From positions 189,598,001 to 189,662,000 of the forward strand of contig NC_058368.1 of assembly GCF_018350175.1 (NCBI RefSeq): a stretch of DNA of 64,000 nt, read 5' to 3'. Below are positions 1 through 11,548 of the stretch, in pieces. A program made the position numbers and the translations under genes. Positions within the stretch are counted from its first letter, which is position 1, and every line of letters begins with the position of its first letter. Source of the stretch: Felis catus. Lineage: Eukaryota. A model generated the notes under the pieces. That model ran no database searches, was not told the DNA's origin, and saw only the letters and a program-made list of their open reading frames with translations.

Positions 1-322
1 GAGGAAATTTTGCTAAGTGAAATTAGTCAGTCAGAGAAAGACAAAAACCATATGACTTCACTCATATGAGGACTTTAAGAGACAAAACAGATGAACATAA
101 GGGAAGGGAAACAAAAACAATATAAAAACAGGGAGGGGGACAAAACAGAAGAGACTCATAAATATGGAGAACAAACTGAGGGTTACTGGAGGGGTTGTGG
201 GAGGGGGGATGGACTAAATGGGTAAGGGGCATTAAGGGATCTACTCCTGAAATCATTGTTTCACTATATGCTAACTAATTTGGATGTAAATTTTAAAAAC
301 TTAAAAATAAAATAAAAAAAAA
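1..322 (+). mobile_element. Carnivore L1 3' end (ORF2 tail/3'UTR and A-rich tail), runs off window start
   Basis: 'tgctaagtgaaattagtcagtcagagaaagac...ggagaacaaactgagggttactggaggggttgtgggaggggggatgg' followed by A-rich tail. Confidence 0.9.
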
Positions 323-412
323 TTTTTGAAGGTGAAAAAAACTATATAAATCTTTCCAACAAACCTACAAAGTAAGCATATAATTACTCACTTTAAAATT
401 AAAGAGAGGCAT

Positions 413-640
413 GGGGCGCCTGGGTGGCGCAGTCGGTTAAGCGTCCGACTTCAGCCAGGTCACGATCTCACGGTCCGTGGGTTCGAGCCCCGCGTCGGGC
501 TCTGGGCTGATGGCTCAGAGCCTGGAGCCTGTTTCCGATTCTGTGTCTCCCTCTCTCTCTGCCCCTCCCCCGTTCATGCTCTGTCTCGCTCTGTCCCAAA
601 AATAAATAAAAAACGTTGAAAAAAAAATTTTAAAAAATAA
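413..640 (+). mobile_element. Young felid SINEC_Fc (tRNA-derived SINE)
   Basis: ggggcgcctgggtggcgcagtcggttaagcgtccgacttcagccaggtcacgatc; B-box gttcgagccc; CT tract; A tail; degenerate TSD taaagagaggca/taaagaggggca. Confidence 0.95.
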
Positions 641-1234
641 AAATAAAGAGGGGCAGAAAGAATCTAAAAAAAAAAAAAAAATTCCCCACCTGTAATCTTT
701 GGGATCCAATTCCTTTACTTTAAGGCCATATTTAGGGTCAGAGTAGATGAATCTCCCCGGTTTTTAATGTCAGACGCCCTGTAAACATGAATGAGTTCAA
801 ATCATATTCACCCCTAAACTATCACACCCAAGAACTATACAGATTGTTGGAACACCCCAATACCTAAGATTTAAAAAATCTGACTATTAGATCTTTCTCA
901 GAGTGTCAGCAGATAGATGTCTTGTAGTTCTTTCCCACAGATCTAACACATAGTTCTGTGAGTAAAGGAAACCACACATCCTCTAGGAGGCGTTTCCAAT
1001 GATGTAGGTTTACAGAAAAAGCCCCCTCAGGATAGACCTCAACCAAAGTTTAAATTCCAGGTTCCCAAACCACACTTGGCAAACACCAATTCCTGTCCTG
1101 GTATAGCTGCCCTCAAAGGCTTTCTGCATGCTCCTTTCATAGAGAAATGTCTAATTCTAAGCTGGCTTTTTCAATTCATTAGCTATATGCCCTTGACCAA
1201 TTCATTCCATTTCTTGACCAATTTCTTTTTCTGG

Positions 1235-1238
<4 letters not shown>

Positions 1239-1279
<41 letters not shown>
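1239..1279. repeat. (AC)n microsatellite
   Basis: ~20 perfect AC units. Confidence 0.97.
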
Positions 1280-1281
<2 letters not shown>

Positions 1282-1340
1282 ATAACATCAGTATCTTGCA
1301 TGGCTTTAGAGATGAGCAAATAAGGTAATTAAATGCTCAC

Positions 1341-1440
1341 AACTACCATTTATTGAGCCACTACTAGGTACTAGGCTCTGTACTAGAGATTTTACATATG
1401 TTATTTCAGTTAAATAATCCTCACAACAATCCTAAAAGGC
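1341..1440 (-). mobile_element. MIR fragment
   Basis: 'accatttattgag...taatcctcacaacaatcct' is the reverse MIR 3' region. Confidence 0.7.
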
Positions 1441-1464
1441 AAGAATTAAATAGCCCTGTCACTT

Positions 1465-1931
1465 ACCAGTTGCTCAGGTCAAAAATCTTAGAGTCATTTT
1501 TGCATCTTCTCTATTACATTCTATACCAATCTTGGCTCTACCTTCAAAAAAACAGATTCAGACTAATTCTCACCAATTCTATCTCCACCACTCTTCCAGG
1601 AGAACTGCAATAGCCTAGTTTGCTACCATGTTTGCTTGGTCCCGTTTCACCTGCTCCCCACCAGCAGTCACAGCAGTCGTGTTAAGAATGTGATGCGCCT
1701 GGTGGCTCAGTCAGTTAAGCATCCAATTTCAGTTCAGGTCATGATCTTGCTGCCTTGGGTTCAAGCCTCGCATCGGGCTCTGTGCTGACAGCTCAGAACT
1801 TGGATCCTGCTTCAGATTCTGTGTCTCCCTCTCCCTCTCACACTCGGTCTCTCTCTCAAAAATAAATAAAACATTAAAAAAATTTAAAAAAGAAAAAAAA
1901 AGAACCTAAGTTAGGTCCATAGTTTACAGGT
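1465..1931 (+). mobile_element. L2 fragment (left part; interrupted by SINEC and then by hAT element)
   Basis: 'ccagttgctcaggtcaaaaatcttagagtcat...ggctctaccttcaaaa...actgcaatagcct' matches recalled L2 3' consensus. Confidence 0.7.
1695..1900 (+). mobile_element. SINEC (older felid/carnivore)
   Basis: gcgcctggtggctcagtcagttaagcatcc...ctctctcaaaaataaataaaacattaaaaa. Confidence 0.92.
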
Positions 1932-2054
1932 CAGCCTCTGCTAACATTTGCAGGAACCAGGGCAAGAATTCAAATGAGGGTCCACATACCATATTTAATT
2001 TTTTTTAAGTTTTAAATCAAGATAAAAAGTGTTTTTAAAATATTTTTTTGTAAA

Positions 2055-2260
2055 GAGGTTAGAGTGGAAGAGAGCCAAAGCATACGAGACTCTTAAAAAC
2101 TGAGAACAAACTGAGGATTGATGGGGGGTGGGAGGGAGGGGAGGTTGGGTGATGGGTATTGAGGAGGGCACATTTTGGGATGAGCACTGGGTGTTGTATG
2201 GAAACCAATCTGACAATAAACTTCATATATTGAAAAAAATAAATAAATAAAAATAAATAA
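2055..2260 (+). mobile_element. Severely 5'-truncated felid L1 3'UTR with tail
   Basis: 'gagactcttaaaaactgagaacaaactgagg...gagcactgggtgttgtatggaaaccaat..gacaataaa' plus (AAAT)n tail. Confidence 0.9.
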
Positions 2261-2327
2261 AATTTTTTTTCTGTTATCTACTTGATAAATCCATAAAATG
2301 GTGAGATCTAAAAATATATGTAAATCA

Positions 2328-2554
2328 GGGTGCCTGGGTGGGTCAGTGGTTGAGTGTCCTACTTCAGCTTAGGTCATGATCTCATGGTTCATAGGTTCCA
2401 GCCCCGCATCAGGCTCTGTGCTGACAGCTCAGAGCCTAGAGCCTGCTTTAGATTCTATGTCTCCTTCTCTCTCTGCCCCTCCCCTGCTCACACTCTGTCT
2501 TTCTCTCTCAAAAATAAACATTAAAAAAAAATACATACATATACATATATATAC
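2328..2554 (+). mobile_element. SINEC with tail turned into ATAC/AT microsatellite
   Basis: SINEC body; TSD atatatgtaaatc at 2314-2326 and 2555-2567. Confidence 0.93.
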
Positions 2555-3770
2555 ATATATGTAAATCTATGGCCGTTAAAATGACTAAAAGTATAAATCT
2601 ATGATTAAATGCCTAAAAATTGTCAAAATATCAAAGATTATTCAACTTAATTGTTATTATGAATATTTGGCTGTTTGGATGAATAAGAAGTAAAGATGTG
2701 GATAAATTATGAATTATTATGTATTCACTCCATAAGTTTTCTTGTCTTAACTTTAACAAAATTAATCATCATGTCATAATAATCTAGATTTTCACATCAT
2801 TATGTTCTATTGATAGCAATAATCTAAAGTATTAAAAGGTAATTATATTGAAAGTATATAATATTTGAGTAAACTTACATTAAAAAATTTAATTAATATA
2901 AATAAAAAGAACAAAACACTTAAATTTTTGTTCGCAAAAATGCTGTTTTTATCCTGAAATATTCAAAATTATTTACTAAAATTAAAAGGTGTAAGGTTAA
3001 TTATAGTCATTAATGTCAATATTTTAAATCATTTAAATGAAGCTGAAATCTATTTTTTTGAAAAATTAATTAAATCTATCAAATATTATTATTAAAATGA
3101 AACCATTTGTAGATTTGGCTTGAAAGGTCATCTAGTCACCAGTATAAAGACTCAGAATCACTCTATGTTTCATGCTTTTCACTACTATATATAAAAATAT
3201 AGATACAAATTTAAGAGTAATATGGATTTCTTACTAGTGCAAAATCTTCCTCAGCTACCCCATGCAACTGTGTCCATGAATAGTTTCAGAAGCATATTTT
3301 TGAATTTGAGGTGATGCAAGAAAAGAGATGTTTCACACAACTGGGAAATAATTTTGCACTTCATTATGCAAATGTTTTTTGATATCTGAGAGGTAGAACT
3401 TATCAAATTAATTTGTCTTTTCTTTTACCTAAAGACTTCATCTAGTCAAATCCTTGCCACACTCCAAATTTGTGTCTATTTACAAAGTCAGCAGCAGTAA
3501 AGTTTCACTCAAAACTTTACAGCATTTGGATGCATTGTTGACCTTTTGTTTTGAGGACACAGGGCAAGAGATGTGGGAAAGTGTTCCTCTGGGGCCTGAA
3601 CAGAGTTAGCTGCAGGAGTGGATGTTTCAAGTTTGGGTTGCTGTGTGTTAACACTGAATGCTGATTCACAAGGAATGGAAGCCAGTGTGCTTGTTAATAA
3701 ATTGATGCTTTCTGTGATTGTGGCATGTAGGATCTTTTAATGCTCTTGCCTGGGGATAAGGGCAATACTG

Positions 3771-4210
3771 CCTATAGGTCCCATATGATCTGGCTCCTGG
3801 TTATCTCCCCATCCTCTCTTGTCACTCTCGTCCGCTACCATGCCAATTCAATGGGATTTGAACTGCCTTCTTGCAGTTCCTTGATCACAACAGCCGTGTT
3901 GAACACCTTCAAGGACTTGCTGTCTCCTCCATCTGAAGTGTCCTTCTTCTAGATATTGATGCAACTCACTCCCTCCATATTCTGTTTCTGTTCAAATGTC
4001 ATGTTATCGAGGAGGCCTCCCCATGAATCCACTATCTAAAACAGTATTCTTAGCACTTTCTGTTCCTTTACCCTACTTTATTTTCCTCGCCAGACTACTA
4101 ATCTGACATTAAATATATTACTTATTTCTTTATTTCCTGCTTTTCCCAGTAGAATGTCCTACTTTTATTCACAAAATCCAGTATAGCACATTCTCAATAA
4201 ATGCTTAGTT
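3771..4210 (+). mobile_element. L2 3' part (continuation of 1465-1931)
   Basis: 'cctataggtcccatatgatctggctcc...tcaaatgtca...gaggcctccc...ctcaataaatgc'. Confidence 0.75.
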
Positions 4211-4466
4211 ATATGGGAAGCACTCAGTAAGTCTTGATTTTTGGGTGTGTGCTCTTCTTGTTTGTTTTTTTGATTTGTTTTGTTTTTGGTTTTTTGCTAG
4301 TGGTGGTGGGTTTGGGGGGGTGATTTTTGGCTTTTTGGCTTTGGCTGGGGAGAGATGTTCTCAGATGGGATTCCTTAATCACTGTAAGGAACAACTGGTT
4401 CTAGTTTCTCAGAATTGAAAACAGTAGGGATGCACCAGGTGTGGGTCTAACTTATTACCCCCAAAC

Positions 4467-4469
<3 letters not shown>

Positions 4470-4500
<31 letters not shown>
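4470..4500. repeat. (GA)n microsatellite
   Basis: direct observation. Confidence 0.95.
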
Positions 4501-4503
<3 letters not shown>

Positions 4504-4729
4504 CATAGATGACTAATAACATCTCAAAGTCACGAGAAGAGAGTAAATAACAAAAGCTATTACCTTTAAGAATAGGTGGCTTTTGCAAGTGATCCACACC
4601 TCCAGGGGTTATCACTGTTGGATCTTGTTAACTGATTCCCTGCACTTTCCCCTCCTTAGCCACACCCTTTTCTCTTATAAGAAAATTGAGGTCGCCTTCC
4701 TTCTACATTCCTTTTTTCCTTTTCCTACC

Positions 4730-4960
4730 ACTTACTGGAGCATCGAGCATATGCCAACCACTGTGCTTAGTGCTTGCCATGTTCTGCTTCATTTAACCTT
4801 TACATCCGCCTATAAGCAGCTGCTATTGTTATCCAAATTTTACAGATGAGGAAGATGCCATTCAGAGAGAGAATAACTTCTTTCAAGGCTAGCAAGTATA
4901 AAGCCAGCTTTCTAAAACAGTTTTGTTTCTCCCTGAAGTCCATGCTCTTAACTACTATAA
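4730..4960 (-). mobile_element. MIR
   Basis: 'ttttacagatgaggaa...ttcagagag..aataacttc..tcaaggctagcaagt...ccatgctcttaac'. Confidence 0.7.
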
Positions 4961-5099
4961 CTTCTGCCTCCCCAAATTCACTTAGATTCTTCAATTCAAC
5001 CAATATTCACCAGAACCTTCTAATGGAAGGATGAGGTAGTTGCTATGGAGACACAGGATAAGACATAGTCCATATCCTTAGATCTAAAAGGAAAGGCAA

Positions 5100-5323
5100 G
5101 GGGCGCCTGGGTGGCGCAGTTGGTTAAGCGTCCGACTTCAGCCAGGTCATGATCTCGCGGTCCGTGAGTTCGAGCCCCGTGTCAGGCTCTGGGCTGATGG
5201 CTCAGAGCCTGGAGCCTGTTTCTGATTCTGTGTCTCCCTCTCTCTCTGCCCCTCCCCCGTTCATGCTCTGTCTCTCTCTGTCCCAAAAATAAATAAACGT
5301 CGAAAAAAAGTTTTTTTAAAAAA
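5100..5323 (+). mobile_element. Young felid SINEC_Fc
   Basis: near-identical to 413 copy; TSD taaaaggaaaggca (5085-5098)/taaaaggaaaagca (5324-5337). Confidence 0.95.
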
Positions 5324-5929
5324 TAAAAGGAAAAGCAGGATTTTCACATGCCAAACCAAGAACAAAGACTACAATATATGAGTTCTTGGAGACATGAGGG
5401 TATGGATAATAAGTGCTCTCGGAAGATGGGGCAGGGCGGGAGGGAAGAGAACATAACAGCAGACTTTAGTAAGGTAAAGAAGTTAAGAGGGGTGAACATT
5501 TGAACCTTACCCCCAAAATATGGCAATACAGTAGAATACTCCTCTATGTGCAGAGATACATGTGAGGATGATGTTTTCACTTATTTGTGCATTTATTTAC
5601 TGCGCAAGATTTACTGATGTCTTATCAGGTGCCTGGAAAACTGCTGGGTTCTTGGCAGACTAAAATAAGTGCTTTGCAGGGGAAAGAGAACAGTGCTTGG
5701 CCAGTGAAGAGAACAGATCTGGGCTCAGTGAAGCATGGGAGGCTGCCTTCCTGGCTCCAAAGATCCCATTAGAAAAAAAATGTGTTCAGCATTCTTTCAG
5801 CATACTACCCAGAGTATAAGAACATTGTGTCATCAGGAACCACTAAGTGTACCCTGGAGACCATCCATCCAGTACCAGGTCAGATTTCAGAGGTTCTTTT
5901 TTGGAACTGCCCTGGTGAGACAAACTACA

Positions 5930-6130
5930 GTAGTCAAAGGAGCAGGTCTGAATTTTGACCTCAAAACATGAGTTCTGTGTCTCTAGGTGAGTAACTTAAC
6001 CTTCTTGGAGCCTCCTTTTCCTCAATTATAAAATATAGAAGGTAATTCTCACTTCACAGCGTTGCAGTGAGGATTACATGACATAAGATCTATAAAACTG
6101 CTGGCACATAATTGGAGCCCCAAAACTTAA
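5930..6130 (+). mobile_element. MIR
   Basis: 'gtaacttaaccttcttggagcctccttttcctcaattataaaat...gtgaggattacatga...ctggcacata'. Confidence 0.75.
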
Positions 6131-6876
6131 TAGTTCCTTTCCCTTCTCCATTTTCCTTAGAAAATAGTTTCTTGCTTTCTGAGCAAGGAAGTGTAAGCAA
6201 TTGTGGTCTGATTTTTTTCCGAAACTGTAAGTTTCTTGATTTCACCCACCCCTGCTAAGTGATTCCAACCATTTAACTTCCTTTGCAGGGTCTTACCCTC
6301 CCTGAGCTCTCTCCAACATACCCCTAGCCCCCAACCCACCCCACTTACCTTCATCTGTCTCCTAGATTCAAAGCTTCAGCTTCCCTACCCAGGGTTAGAA
6401 TCTGCATCAAGTGTCTTAGACCTATTTGAGCTCATGTAGCAAAATCATTATAAAGGGTGATCCCCTGCTTTCCCCTGTAATAATCAGGCTCCCTCATTGG
6501 GATAAATGACTTGGCCATCAGGTTTATAGTTTACCCATTTGGGAACTGGATTATTGCTTCATAAAACTGTGCTACATGGTACTATTATCATTTAATTATA
6601 TTGCCTAAAGAAAAAAAATAAAGATTGCCTTTTTGAGCACTACTCTCCAGTACTACCCAAGTTTTGTGGGAGCTGACTCCTTCAGCACATTTCCTGTCCT
6701 CAAATATCTTTACAGGTAAAAGGTCATTCTGTTTGGCATGCTCTTCTTTGCTGGGCACCTCTCCTCAAAAGAGTAGTTTGGTCTCTTTTTTAACATGCTA
6801 TTTCAAATCCCCCAGAAAAATGTGCTAGACTTTATGGCAACATTTTCCTTCCCAAAAGCATTATGTGTCTCATGGT

Positions 6877-6878
<2 letters not shown>

Positions 6879-6951
<73 letters not shown>
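6879..6951. repeat. Compound (TA)26(CA)10 microsatellite
   Basis: TA run 6879-6930 then CA run 6931-6951. Confidence 0.96.
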
Positions 6952-7634
6952 TGAGTCCCAACACTCAGTGCTAGAACTGAACTTCCTTGTATGTTACATG
7001 ATTTTTAAAAAAGCACCTATGGAAATTATTTTTACTGGTAAAATGCCAGTAGTTCCCCCTTAAAGATGCATTCTTTTGGGTTAATTTATTTTGTTTATTA
7101 CAATTCAATTGCAATGGAAGATGTCTTAGGAAGTGTGGAGTGGGTGGGAGTGCAAAAGAACCAGGATCTGCTTTTAGTTGATTACTGTGGAACCTGGTGG
7201 TATTCCCCAGCTCAATATCTCTCCACTATCAATGGATTTGAAGTTTTTGAAAAGCTGTTACCCTGGGAGGATTAATAGAGTTAGTTTCATTTCCATTTTA
7301 GTATTAATAAATTTATGTCTGATAGGATCTTTCAAGAGACAATGCAAGTAATGATGATGGGGAAGCAAAGATGAAATGCTTTATGCTCAGCTCCACAAAT
7401 CCTGCCGTGGTTCGGTGCAACTGTGGGTTATACACCATGGAGCAGTAAGTAAAATGTGGGCCCATTAACTGAGTAAAACTTTAGGGAAGAATGAAGTCAA
7501 GAAGGGTTTGAATACCTGGTCACTTCAAGGTGCTTGAAGGAAGAGGAGAGTTTGTATGGATCCAGGGAGAAAGAATAATATTCCAGAAGAGGGAAATGAT
7601 GTAAGGTGAAATACTAAGAATAAACATGAGCTGT

Positions 7635-7880
7635 GTCCTGGATGGCTTCCTAACTGGTCTCTTGCCCTCAATCTGGTCTCCACACTGCAGTCATAGTAAT
7701 CTTTCTAAAACACATATATGATCTTCTCTTGACCCTATTAAAATCCCTCGTCATCTTCTCATTGCACTCAGAAAAAAGTCCCAAATTTCTAGTACATGGA
7801 CCAGGCCCTGTGCCTGGCACACCCCTCTCTCTAGCCTAATCTTGCACTGTTTTCTCCTCACTCTCTTCTCTCCACTCATA
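7635..7880 (+). mobile_element. L2 fragment
   Basis: 'cctaactggtctc...ctccacactgcagtcatagtaatctttctaaaacac...cattgcactcagaaaaaagtcccaaa'. Confidence 0.75.
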
Positions 7881-8349
7881 AATGCCAGAAAACAGAATAG
7901 CATCTTAATAATGGCTCTCTCGGGGTCATCAGCTTATGGGTAATTTCTGTATTTCTTTTTACTTGTCTTTCAGTTTCTAAATTTTCTACAATGAACCAAG
8001 ATTATGTTTTTAGTAATAATAGTATTTTTTTTAAAGGGAATGGGAAGTGGCTTAGGAGGCAATTTTGCCAATAATACTGGAAGCTTTCACGAGGGCAAGT
8101 AGGATAAAGGCTAACAGAATACAGGAGACACAGAGCTGCAACAATGGAACTGCCTAGAAGTGACAGAAATCAGGGAAGTCCTGGGGGCAGAAGACAAAGT
8201 AAGGCAAAACTAAAAGAAAGGTAACATATAACACCTATTCTTCAGAAGAGCATCTGGAAACATAGGGGAGACACAGAGCAGTGGTTTGGGAGGGAGGCAG
8301 AGTTTAAGTCCTTTTTTTGTTGTTGTTTTAATTTGATTTGAAGATTCTT

Positions 8350-8539
8350 TTCCTGTTTAACTTCTTTAAATTAAAAAAAAATTAAGTGTATTTTTATTAT
8401 TTATTTTGAGAAAGAGAGAGAACACATGCATGCACCTGCTAGTCAGGGCAGGGGGCAGAGAGAGAGAAAGAGAGAGAGAATTCCAAGCAGGCTCAGCACT
8501 GTCAGTGACATCCAACTGACTGAGACATCCAAGAGTCCC
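8350..8539 (-). mobile_element. Internally deleted SINEC
   Basis: reverse SINEC head and tail; perfect 16-bp TSD tgatttgaagattctt at 8334-8349 and 8540-8555; B-box region missing. Confidence 0.9.
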
Positions 8540-9037
8540 TGATTTGAAGATTCTTAAATATGGCTGCCCGTTAAGTGAAGTGCTCACCAAGAGCACTCCC
8601 TGTCTCTGCCTATATCACATGTGGCTTCTCAGTTGTTGTTTAGGGGATGATCTTCAAAGGTTACAAAATATTTTAAACAAACTTTGTTTTCAACCAAATT
8701 CAGCCACGTTCCATTTATTAAATAAATAAATATCTATCTGTAAATGAAACTATCATAAAGATGAAGATGGTTGGGAAAGGTCCATCTATTATCAACAAAT
8801 GACTCAAGTCTCACTATGTCTAGCCTGCTTTATTATTTGTTGTTTCTCTAATTCCTTTCAGCCTCCGGATCTCTATATTGATACTAATCCACAAAAGTGA
8901 TTCCCAGTGACCTCTGAAGGCTTTTCAATCCAGCTCACAGAGATTCTATGAGTTAGGGGCTGGATAAATACATATTTGCAAAGAGCATTCCCCACCGGCC
9001 ACAGAAGTTGGAAAGGGTTATTTAATTACATCACAAA

Positions 9038-9254
9038 GGGGTGCCTGGGTGGCGCAGTCGGTTAAGCGTCCGACTTCAGCCAGGTCACGATCTCGCGGTC
9101 CGTGAGTTCGAGCCCCGCGTCAGGCTCTGGGCTGATGGCTCAGAGCCTGGAGCCTGTTTCCGATTCTGTGTCTCCCTCTCTCTCTGCCCCTCCCCCGTTC
9201 ATGCTCTGTCTCCCTCTGTCCCAAAAATAAATAAACGTTGAAAAAAAAATTTTT
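9038..9254 (+). mobile_element. Young felid SINEC_Fc
   Basis: CpG-rich body; perfect TSD tttaattacatcacaaag at 9021-9038 and 9255-9272. Confidence 0.96.
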
Positions 9255-9588
9255 TTTAATTACATCACAAAGAGGCTAAAGAAATAGATGGTTGGTGTCT
9301 TCAAGCTACATGAAAACTCCAAGAGCTAGCTATTCCAAATCTTACATTTAGAGCAGGAAGCTGAAGCCATAGGGGGTTAGGATCTGTCCACTGTCCTCCA
9401 CAAAATGACAGGTGAGCCAGGGTTTGAGAACACAGATATTCAATCTCTCAACCCAATGTTCTTTCTATCGGCCATCATTTTTCTGACAGTGCTCCTGACC
9501 AAAACAAACATCTCTCTCCTCACTCTCTAGAATTCCAGAGTTCCTGGAGAAATGGGCCTGATGGAGTTCTCTTTAGTATTATTATTAT

Positions 9589-9800
9589 GGGGCACCTGGG
9601 TGGCTCAATTGGTTAAGCATCCACCTCTTGATGTGGGTTCAGGTTATGATCTTGCAGTTTGTGAGTTCAAGCCCCACATCAGGCTCTGCACTGACACTGA
9701 CAGTGCAGAGCCTGCTTGGGATTCTCTCTCTCTCCCTCTCTCTCTGCTCCTCCCTCACCCCAATATAAATAAATAAACTTTAAAAAATCTTAGAAAAAAA
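9589..9800 (+). mobile_element. SINEC (older subfamily)
   Basis: ggggcacctgggtggctcaattggttaagcatcc...gcctgcttgggattctctc...aataaataaa. Confidence 0.92.
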
Positions 9801-9995
9801 ACCTGCCTTGGAAATGATAAACATGGCCACAAGCAGAATACATTCCCAGCATTGTTAGAACCAGAGGCATCCCTTAGTGTTATCTGCCTACGTCCTATGT
9901 GATGTATATCAGTGAGACCTCTACACTTAATGGACTAAAATGGAATTACACATTAATTGTTTTTAACAGTCTATTGGGCAGCACAGCTACTTCTA

Positions 9996-10040
9996 TGGTT
10001 GGTTGGTTGGTTGGTTGGTTGGTTGGTTGGTTGGTTGGTT
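9996..10040. repeat. (TGGT)n tetranucleotide repeat
   Basis: ~11 units. Confidence 0.96.
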
Positions 10041-11034
10041 TGTCCAGACCCTCAGAGCCAGATCTCATGCTCAGGTACAAACAGCTGGCTGATGGATAGC
10101 CATCATGTCCATGTGCCCAAGTGTAGTAAGAAGAGTTTCCTCACTGCAAGTGGCAAAATCCTGCCTGAGGATCCTCCCTAGTTCCTTTCCTTGGCCCCCT
10201 ACAACTGTTTCTAGGCCCCTCCATAGACCCTCTATATTTGGTCCTGCTTCTTAGGAGCTAGTCTTCTTAACCTCTAGCATCTTCTCTGATGACCAAATGA
10301 CATCATGAAGTCAGCACAGGCCATAAAACTGCACAACGAACTCCAAGGAAGCAACCCTGAGCTACAGAAGAGCAGAAGATTTGCACATCCTAAGAAGAAT
10401 GTGATCTGATTTGGAGGGTAGGGGATGTGCCTTGGCTTTGTGCACCTTTTTCTTTTCAATTGGTCTTGTTATGACACAGCCCAGACATTCAGTCACCAAG
10501 AAGAGACAGCCTAAAAGTAATGTGATGAAACTGTTGTCTTTTAAAGGGTGAGCAAATGCATTTAACGATTAAGTTACCAAGGCTTTGATGAGAGAGCACC
10601 AGGACCTCAAGGGGAATATGGTCTCAAAATCATAAGCAGGACTTCCAATAGGTTAGCCCCATCCCCTGCCACCTTCACCCTTTCTCCTCCATGAATTCAA
10701 CCAATTCCAAAGCCCATAACCCATGGAATGGAGACTGTGGTTTGGATAAAAGAGTCTGAACACTGGAAAGTTCAAAAGTCAACCTGGGTCAGTCAATTAC
10801 AATAGACATAAGTGGCATCAAGTCTCCTAAGCATAGTTAAATCTGACTTTGGAGGACCTGCCACCAGGTGCCAGCTCACAGTATATCAGGACAAGTAATC
10901 AAAGATCTTTAGTCATGGGGATGGTGACCTTGTACTCCAGATTTATCTGATTTCATGTAGTTCTATTATTTTCAGTAAGTCAGTTGATTCCTAAATTATA
11001 TCTCATGTGTATGCAAACGTGAACCAGAAACCAG

Positions 11035-11260
11035 AATAGTATAGTGATCAAGATAACAGATTTGTGAGTCAGAAAGACAAATGTCATTTATAAGCTTTGA
11101 CTCTGATTAAGTCTCTTAACTTCTCTAAGCTTCATTTTCCTCATCTGTAGAGTAAGATATTCTTGATATTTACCTGACAGGATTGTGGGGAAATTAAAGG
11201 AGAAAAATCACATAAAAACTAAAAACAGTATGTACTCAATAAATATCAGGTATCATTATA
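11035..11260 (+). mobile_element. MIR
   Basis: 'aagtctcttaacttctctaagcttcattttcctcatctgtag...acctgacaggattgtg...actcaataaat'. Confidence 0.75.
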
Positions 11261-11317
11261 TAAGTAGACATGATTTTATTTTTAAACCTTTATGAGACCT
11301 TGATTAAAAATAAATTC

Positions 11318-11548
11318 ACCTGGGTGACCACATGGGTAGCTCAGTCGGTTAAATGTCTGACTTCAGCTCAGGTCATGATCTCATGGATCATGAGTTCAAA
11401 TCCCGCATCGGGCTCTATGATGACAGCTCAGAGCTTGGAGCCTGCTTTAGATTCTGTGTTTCCCTCTTTCTCTGCCCCTCCCTTGCTCATGCTTGATATC
11501 TCTCTCTCTCTCTCAAAAATAAATAAAAACATTAAAAATTTTTAAAAA
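11318..11548 (+). mobile_element. SINEC
   Basis: SINEC body with rearranged 5' end; TSD-like aaaaataaattc/aaaaatataaattc. Confidence 0.9.

Larger units (their letters stand above)
1932..3770 (-). mobile_element. hAT-Tip100 (ORSL-like) DNA transposon relic with transposase remnant
   Basis: CAG...CTG ends, subterminal inverted similarity (cagggcaagaattcaaatgagggtccacatacca vs reverse complement ccaggcaagagcattaaaagatcctacatgcca); degenerate TSD ttacaggt/ctataggt; minus strand ~2735-2820 reads LLSIEH/CENLDYYDMMINFVKVKTRK across a frameshift, like a hAT C-terminal dimerisation end. Confidence 0.65.

Noticed and set aside
413..500. tRNA-like A/B boxes
   Set aside because: Head of tRNA-derived SINEC, not a tRNA gene; same for all other copies
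7345..7475. Possible C/D-box snoRNA (ATGATGA ... CTGA)
   Set aside because: No terminal stem and no recognisable rRNA antisense element
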